Of a stretch of DNA of 32,000 nt, positions 26,345 to 32,000 are shown piece after piece. Position 1 is the first letter of the stretch, and each line of letters starts with the position of its first letter. The translations under genes were made by a program, and so were the position numbers. The DNA lies in NCBI RefSeq assembly GCF_000186885.1, contig NC_014972.1:1890001-1922000 (forward strand). The letters run 5' to 3'. The notes below the pieces were generated by a model. It was given only the letters and a program-made list of their open reading frames with translations, did not search any database and was not told the DNA's origin. This DNA comes from Desulfobulbus propionicus DSM 2032 (GTDB lineage: Bacteria > Desulfobacterota > Desulfobulbia > Desulfobulbales > Desulfobulbaceae).

Positions 26345-27059
26345 GCCACAACCGTTGATAGGAGAGGGCGGCGGTCGAACCGGGCAGGGCGGCGGCCACC
26401 GGCTGCCGGTACACCCCCATCCGCTCAATATCCGCAGAGTAAGGGATGGTGCTCTGTAGAACCCCGGGCCGTTCCCGAAGAGAGTGCATCAGCTCGGCAT
26501 GCATCTTTTTCCGTTTCTCGACCATGGAAAAAAAGAAGCGTATCTTGTCGTGCCCGTGGCCTATTTCGTCAAGGAAGGCAAATAGCTGGTCCAGGGACAG
26601 CAACGAAAGGGTGGTGGGAATCACCGGCACCAGGATGACATCGGCGGCGTAGAAAATGTTCTCCGACAACAGGGTCAGATTGGGCGGACAATCGAGAATG
26701 ATCCGCTCGTACTCCTCCTCCAGCGGTTGCAGCACCTTGCTCAGCCGTTTCTGCGACTTTTTGCATTCGTCCAGGGCAATGTCGATGTTGCGGTAGGAAA
26801 AGTCGGCAGGCAGCATGTCAAGGCCTGGATAATCGGTGCCGCGGATATTTTCCTCAATGTGCCTCCCCCCCTTGAGCAGCTTTTTCGTGCTGAATTTTTC
26901 CGGCGAGCGGATGCGGAAATAAAAGGAAGCCGATCCCTGCGGATCCATGTCGAGCAACAGGGTTTTGCCGTGCTCCCGGGATGCCAGGTAGGCAAGGTTG
27001 ACCGAGGTGGCGGTTTTCCCTACTCCGCCCTTGATGTGGTACACCGCCAGAACGCTCAT
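26316..27059 (-). CDS. ParA/Soj-family ATPase
   Basis: VYHIKGGVGKTATSVNLAYLAS (deviant Walker A), LLLDMDPQGSASFYF, RIILDCPPNLTLLSENIFYAADVILVPVIPTTLSLLSL. No ParB or parS visible. Confidence 0.93.
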   Translation of the reverse strand: MSVLAVYHIKGGVGKTATSVNLAYLASREHGKTLLLDMDPQGSASFYFRIRSPEKFSTKKLLKGGRHIEENIRGTDYPGLDMLPADFSYRNIDIALDECKKSQKRLSKVLQPLEEEYERIILDCPPNLTLLSENIFYAADVILVPVIPTTLSLLSLDQLFAFLDEIGHGHDKIRFFFSMVEKRKKMHAELMHSLRERPGVLQSTIPYSADIERMGVYRQPVAAALPGSTAALSYQRLWHEIREHLPR

Positions 27060-28609
27060 GCGGATGCCTCGTGTTTGCGGAAGAGGTCGTGGACCAAGGT
27101 GGTCGTTTCCTGATCGATAAACAGGTCGAAGGCCTCGGCGAAATGGTCGCGCAATTCCCGCTGCTCCAGAAAGAGGCTCTGCATCAGGCCGCCAAGAGCC
27201 GCCGCCTGGGCGAGGTCACGACGCGATCCGGCGCCCATCTTTTCCAGGGTTTGGCGGAGCATGTCCTGCTGCACCGAGAGATCGTTGAAATCGCCCAAAA
27301 TATCCTGCAATTTCTTCAGATGCCGAACCACCACCTGAATATCCTCCCGTGGATAGAGAGAGCTGAAAAATTCGATCGCGTAACGCAGTTTCTTGCATTC
27401 GATGCGCAGGCGATGCACTTCGCTGTCCGGGGTGGCGGCATTCAGGGCTTGACCATCGCGCAGTACCCGTTTGTAGCGGCGGAAAATGATCCGGCTGGCC
27501 AGCTCCTTGACCGGCGTTTCCGCCAAGGGGGCCGGCTGTCGGTCGGGGCGGTGCAGGCAACGATGCCAGGCGGTCAGGATCGCCCGGTTTTTTTTCGCCC
27601 GCAGGGCACGAGCCAGCTTGGTCTGTTCCACCTGGCGCTGAAGGGTCAGATCGGCGAAGAAGGCGCTCAACCCCGGTTGCAGGGCCGGCGGCAACCGATT
27701 TAAATAATTTGTTTGGTTGAGCAGGTAAACGTCGAGATCGCGGGTCGGTCCGGTCAGGCCGCCCAGCAAGCCGAAATCCCTCTTGAAGCGTTCGGTCACC
27801 GGCTCGGGCAAGACCTTTTTCACCAGGCTGAGACCGGAGCGAGTGCGGCGGATGGCCACCCGCAGATCGTGGAGGAACTCGCTGTCCCAATCGTTCACCA
27901 CACCAGGGAGGTTACGGGTGATCGTGTCGAGCAACGCCTGATAGATCCGGGTCATGGCCTGGCGGGCGGTAGAGTCCGGATCGAGTTCCAAGGAAAATTT
28001 CGAGGTATAATCCAGCGGCTGGCGGCCAATGACGCGGCAAGCCTCCACGAAACCGATGAGGGGCGAAGCGATCTGGAGCACTCCGTTATCCTCCAGGATA
28101 CGACGGGTACGAGCCAATTCCTGGGTGTAGCCGCGCACGGGGAACAACCGCACCAGCCGGAACGCCGTGTCCAGCCCTTCCGGTTGCTGACGCTCGACCA
28201 CCAATCGGGCCACGGTTTTGTCATCCTGGTTGAGCAGCCGGAACTGACGGCCGCTCAGAGACACCGTTGCCAAAGGCAGCAGGCAACGGATGCCGAGTAT
28301 CGGTTCCAGCATTTCCCGCAGTTGGCCAGGGGGAAAATCCTGGGCGAAACAGGGTGACTTCAGCTCCGGCCCTCCTTGTTGCAGGGTAATGGCGCAACTG
28401 TCGCCATGGTACAGGGTCCAGCAGGAACCGTGGCTGTGCAGCAAATAGCCTTGCTGATAGAGCCGCCAGTCAAAGGAATCGGCATAGACAACCCTGGCCG
28501 CGTATTCGGGCGCGCTCGCGCAGCGGAACTCCCGCGCCAGGGCAGATAGCAGCGTGTCAAGCTGCAGCGCGTCGGGGAGTGACCAGGTATCCGTGCCGAG
28601 CTGTTCCAT
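27056..28609 (-). CDS. CHAD domain protein with degenerate CYTH-like N-terminus
   Basis: CHAD: LHDLRVAIRRTRSGLSLVKKVLP...DFGLLGGLTGPTRDLDVYLL...VHRLRIECKKLRYAIEFFSSL...VRHLKKLQDILGDFNDL. N-terminus VVYADSFDWRLYQQGYLL ... TVARLVVE is CYTH-like, but I see no ExExK motif. Confidence 0.88.
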   Translation of the reverse strand: MEQLGTDTWSLPDALQLDTLLSALAREFRCASAPEYAARVVYADSFDWRLYQQGYLLHSHGSCWTLYHGDSCAITLQQGGPELKSPCFAQDFPPGQLREMLEPILGIRCLLPLATVSLSGRQFRLLNQDDKTVARLVVERQQPEGLDTAFRLVRLFPVRGYTQELARTRRILEDNGVLQIASPLIGFVEACRVIGRQPLDYTSKFSLELDPDSTARQAMTRIYQALLDTITRNLPGVVNDWDSEFLHDLRVAIRRTRSGLSLVKKVLPEPVTERFKRDFGLLGGLTGPTRDLDVYLLNQTNYLNRLPPALQPGLSAFFADLTLQRQVEQTKLARALRAKKNRAILTAWHRCLHRPDRQPAPLAETPVKELASRIIFRRYKRVLRDGQALNAATPDSEVHRLRIECKKLRYAIEFFSSLYPREDIQVVVRHLKKLQDILGDFNDLSVQQDMLRQTLEKMGAGSRRDLAQAAALGGLMQSLFLEQRELRDHFAEAFDLFIDQETTTLVHDLFRKHEASA

Positions 28610-28621
28610 GGCTCACATGCC

Positions 28622-29806
28622 TCAACTCCGGTAATCGGCGTTGATCTTCACGTAATCATAGGAAAAATCGCAGGTATACATTTCGGCCTCGCCCTCGCCC
28701 TCGCTCAAGTCGATCGTGACCGTGAACTGACGCTGCTTGAGAACCGCGGTGGCAGCTGCCTCGGCCTCGGCTCCGGTGTACAGGCCGTTTTCCACCAGCC
28801 GAACCGCGTCGAAGCTGATAGCCACCCGATGCTGATCAAAGTGGCATTGGGACCGACCCAGGGCGGCGATGATCCGTCCCCAGTTGGCATCCTCGCCGAA
28901 AAAGGCGGTCTTGACCAGCGGCGAGTTGGCGATGGTGCGGGCCGCATCGAGCGCCTCCTGATCGGTGCGCGCGCCGGTCACCCTGATGGTCACCATTTTG
29001 GTCGCTCCTTCGCCGTCGGCCACGATTTTCAGCGCCAAGTCCTTGAAAACCCCGCTCAAGGCCTCGCCAAACAGGCGGGCCTCGGGCCGATCAGGATCAT
29101 CGATCAGGGCGTTGCCAGCCTCGCCGTTGGCCATGACCAGGACCATGTCGTTGGTCGAGGTGTCGCCATCGACGGTGATCCGATTGAAGCTCCGTTCCAC
29201 CCCGGATTTGACCAGCCGGTCGAGCAGCGGATAGGCGATGTGCGCATCGGTGACCACAAAGCAAAGCATGGTGGCCATATTGGGCATGATCATCCCTGAA
29301 CCCTTGGCCACGCCGAGAATCGACACCTCGGCATCGTCGAACAGCACCGTGGCGGTGGCCACCTTGGGTACCAGATCGGTGGTCATGATGGCGCGGGCAA
29401 GCTCTTCAAAGCCGTCTTCGGACAGTTGCGCCACCAACTGCGGCATGGCCTGGGCAAAAGGTTCGGTCCGCAACTGCTGGCCGATCACCCCGGTCGAGGC
29501 TACCTGCACCAGCGATTCGTCGATTCCCAGTTCGCGCGCGGCCAAAGCACTGGTGGCTTGAGCCAGATCGAGCCCTTCCTGGCCGGTGCAGGCGTTGGCA
29601 TTGCCGCTGTTCACCAGCACCGCCTGGGCGCGGCCCGAACGCAAACGTTCCATGTCGAGCAGGAGAGGCGCGGCCTTGACCCTGCTGGTGGTGAAGGTGC
29701 CGGCGGTGACCGCCGGGGTCCGAGAAAAAATCATCCCAAGATCAAGCCGGCCGGCGTACCGGATTCCGGCGGCGACCGCAGCTGCGGAAAATCCTTTTAC
29801 CTGCAT
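28622..29806 (-). CDS. argJ: Bifunctional glutamate N-acetyltransferase / amino-acid acetyltransferase
   Basis: VLVNSGNANACTGQEGL, GVAKGSGMIMPNMATMLCF (autoproteolysis site before Thr), NRITVDGDTSTNDMVLVMANG, AFFGEDANWGRIIAALG. Confidence 0.96.
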   Translation of the reverse strand: MQVKGFSAAAVAAGIRYAGRLDLGMIFSRTPAVTAGTFTTSRVKAAPLLLDMERLRSGRAQAVLVNSGNANACTGQEGLDLAQATSALAARELGIDESLVQVASTGVIGQQLRTEPFAQAMPQLVAQLSEDGFEELARAIMTTDLVPKVATATVLFDDAEVSILGVAKGSGMIMPNMATMLCFVVTDAHIAYPLLDRLVKSGVERSFNRITVDGDTSTNDMVLVMANGEAGNALIDDPDRPEARLFGEALSGVFKDLALKIVADGEGATKMVTIRVTGARTDQEALDAARTIANSPLVKTAFFGEDANWGRIIAALGRSQCHFDQHRVAISFDAVRLVENGLYTGAEAEAAATAVLKQRQFTVTIDLSEGEGEAEMYTCDFSYDYVKINADYRS

Positions 29807-30056
29807 GAAACATCCTGTTTTCTATTGAAGTTATCGGCAAGACGCCAAAGGCCACTCTACCAGATACCCCATAAAAGAAAAGAGTGAACAACCGGACGCC
29901 GCGCATTTTTCCTTGACCATCCATCGGCTTTCATGCAACGTTACCAACCGGTTGCCACGGTCCGTCCTGGTAGCCGTCGCGCACACAACAGACCATGATA
30001 CTGCCCTCGTTTCCCTCAACATCCTCGGCACCCGCCGGGCCATTCCTTCTCGCGGC

Positions 30057-31520
30057 ATGACGGATGCGGTTGCCTGGGGATTGACCTCCTCGCTCTTTTT
30101 GACCGATCTCGCCATCCGCGTCGGCTTCTCGCTGCGGGTGATCATGCGCAAGCGAGCCCCCAGCGTTTCCTTTGCCTGGCTGGCGGTCATTCTCCTCATC
30201 CCCTTCGGCGGCGCCGTCACCTACCTGTTGTTTGGCGAGAACCGGCTCGGTGAACGGCGGGCCAGTCGCCTGCTCAAGGATCGGCAGGTCGTGCGCGAGT
30301 GGTCCAGCGCCCTGCGGGAGCGGCCGACAATCGACTGGACCGGAATCAATCCGGAATGTTTGCCCCTGGACCGGCAGATCCTGGCCACCACCGGCATTCC
30401 GACCATGCCCGGCAACCAGCTGGAACTGATCGACACCGCCGGCTGTTTTTTCTCCCAACTGATCGACGATATCCATCAGGCCCGCTTCTCCTGCTTGCTG
30501 GAGTTTTACATCCTCCAACCGGGAGGCTGGGTGGATGCGCTGATCGAGGCGCTGCTGGCCGCGCGACAACGCGGCGTCACTTGCCGGCTGCTGCTCGACA
30601 GTATTGGTTCCAAACCTTTTCTCCGCAGTGCGCAACTGGCTCGTCTGCGCGACGGCGGAGTCGAGGTGGCCGAGGCCCTGCCCGCCGGATTGATCCGAGC
30701 CCTGTTTGTCCGCATTGACCTGCGCAATCACCGCAAGATCGCGGTGATCGACGGCGAAATCGCCTACACCGGCAGTCAGAATCTGGTCGATCCCCGTTTC
30801 TTCAAACAAAACGACGGGGTTGGCGAATGGGTGGACGCCATGGTCCGGATCACCGGCCCGGTAGCGGAACTGCTGACGGCGGCCTTTATGTTTGATTGGC
30901 TGCTCGAGCGCCGGCAATGCCTGAGCGAATACAGCGGAACCGCCGATATCCGCCCGGTTGAGCCGAGCGGACAGGCCCTGGTGCAACTGGCGCCTTCCGG
31001 GCCGGGATATGGCGAGGACACCATCCACAATCTGCTGCTCACCACCCTGTATGCGGCGCGGCGGGAGATCATTCTCACCACCCCCTATTTCGTGCCGGAC
31101 AATGCCATTTTGGCGGCGCTCAAATCGGCGGCGCAGCGGGGCGTTGCCGTGACCATCATTGTTCCGGCAAAAAATGACTCCCGCCTGGTGCAGTACGCCA
31201 GTCGGGCCCGCTACGATGCCCTGAGCCGGGCCGGCGTGCGAATCATGGCCTTTTCCGGCGGTCTGCTGCACACCAAGACCATCACCGTGGACGGCGATTT
31301 CTGCCTGTTTGGCTCGGTCAACCTCGACATGCGCAGTTTTTGGTTGAATTTTGAAATGACCCTGTTCATCTATGACAAGACATTCACCGCCAAGGTCCGC
31401 GCCTTGCAGCAGCAGTATCTTCGCGAGACCACCGAGCACGACGTCGAAATCTTTCAGGCCCGTTCCTTTGGCCAGCGATTGCTGGAAAACATCGCCCTGC
31501 TGGTGAGCCCGCTGCTCTGA
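30057..31520 (+). CDS. cls: Cardiolipin synthase / phospholipase D-family protein
   Basis: N-terminal PLDc_N (SFAWLAVILLIPFGGAVTYLLFGENRLG), HKD 1 NHRKIAVIDGEIAYTGSQNL, HKD 2 LHTKTITVDGDFCLFGSVNLDMRS. The upstream extension to 29913 is probably not translated. Confidence 0.88.
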   Translation: MTDAVAWGLTSSLFLTDLAIRVGFSLRVIMRKRAPSVSFAWLAVILLIPFGGAVTYLLFGENRLGERRASRLLKDRQVVREWSSALRERPTIDWTGINPECLPLDRQILATTGIPTMPGNQLELIDTAGCFFSQLIDDIHQARFSCLLEFYILQPGGWVDALIEALLAARQRGVTCRLLLDSIGSKPFLRSAQLARLRDGGVEVAEALPAGLIRALFVRIDLRNHRKIAVIDGEIAYTGSQNLVDPRFFKQNDGVGEWVDAMVRITGPVAELLTAAFMFDWLLERRQCLSEYSGTADIRPVEPSGQALVQLAPSGPGYGEDTIHNLLLTTLYAARREIILTTPYFVPDNAILAALKSAAQRGVAVTIIVPAKNDSRLVQYASRARYDALSRAGVRIMAFSGGLLHTKTITVDGDFCLFGSVNLDMRSFWLNFEMTLFIYDKTFTAKVRALQQQYLRETTEHDVEIFQARSFGQRLLENIALLVSPLL

Positions 31521-31565
31521 TCCGGCCAATCAATCCATTTTCCCCCAATCGAGCCCTTTCTGCTT

Positions 31566-32000
31566 ATGAAAATCTTGCTGATCAGTGATATCCATGGCAA
31601 TTATCCGGCTCTCGAGGCGGTTGCTCGGGCAGCGACGCCGCTGGCCTGCGACCATGTGCTCAACTGCGGCGATTCGCTTGTCTATGCCCCCTTTGCCAAT
31701 GAAACCCTGGATTGGCTGCGCCGCCATCAAGTGTTTACCATCCGTGGCAATACCGACGATCGGGTGATCAAGCTGCTCAAGGGAAAGCAGTTCAAAAAGC
31801 CGTCCAAGGCCGAAAAACGGATCATGTACACCAGCACCGCGGCGGTGCTCTCCCCCGAGAACCAGACCTTTTTGCTGGAACTGAAAAAAAAGAAACTGCT
31901 GCGTCTCGGCCAAACCTTTATCGGCCTGTTTCACGGCAGCCCCGACGATCATGAGGAATTTCTCGGTGCCGACACGCCGGAAAAGCGCTTCAAGGAACTG
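31566..32000 (+). CDS. Calcineurin-like metallophosphoesterase (3' truncated by window edge)
   Basis: ATG at 31566: MKILLISDIHGNYPALEAVARAA...HVLNCGDSLVYAPFANETLDWLRRHQVFTIRGNTDDRV...LFHGSPDD. Motifs D-x-H, GD, GNTD and HG present. Confidence 0.88.
   Translation, partial: MKILLISDIHGNYPALEAVARAATPLACDHVLNCGDSLVYAPFANETLDWLRRHQVFTIRGNTDDRVIKLLKGKQFKKPSKAEKRIMYTSTAAVLSPENQTFLLELKKKKLLRLGQTFIGLFHGSPDDHEEFLGADTPEKRFKEL

Noticed and set aside
29931-31529. 532-aa minus-strand ORF
   Set aside because: Antisense of cardiolipin synthase, whose plus-strand frame has both HKD motifs.
1-32000. Search for CRISPR, toxin-antitoxin, restriction-modification, retron or phage genes
   Set aside because: No regular short direct repeat array and no reverse transcriptase, nuclease, methylase, Cas or phage structural motifs in the supplied translations. 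The ParA gene was considered as a plasmid marker but lacks ParB and sits in an argJ operon.

Overview
This 32 kb window is ordinary chromosomal DNA from a GC-rich bacterium. The gene content looks like a Desulfobulbales or other deltaproteobacterial relative, but that is inference. I see no CRISPR array, phage, transposon or recognisable defence island. Supported content, left to right: the end of a sensor kinase plus a LuxR-type response regulator; an outer-membrane beta-barrel protein; an HU-type protein; tRNA-Pro(CGG); a zinc-ribbon thioredoxin; a DUF1624-like membrane protein; a MacAB-TolC-like exporter operon with a DUF4405-like membrane protein and a small exported protein, divergent from a BaeSR-like two-component system; esterase, DUF2157-like, DUF4824-like and alpha/beta-hydrolase genes; a roadblock/LC7 gene, an MglA-like GTPase gene and a 978-aa acidic modular protein gene; YejB/YejE permeases without partner genes; a DUF4177-like protein; an AvtA-like aminotransferase; an operon of argJ, CYTH-like/CHAD, ParA, SixA and a small Cys protein; a cardiolipin synthase; and a truncated metallophosphoesterase. 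The two best candidates for undescribed biology are (1) roadblock + MglA-like GTPase + 978-aa protein, which has a duplicated N-terminal domain and six spaced [LI]xxx[LI]Dx[LF]F motifs, and (2) the coupled CHAD-ParA-SixA module, which could position polyphosphate bodies.
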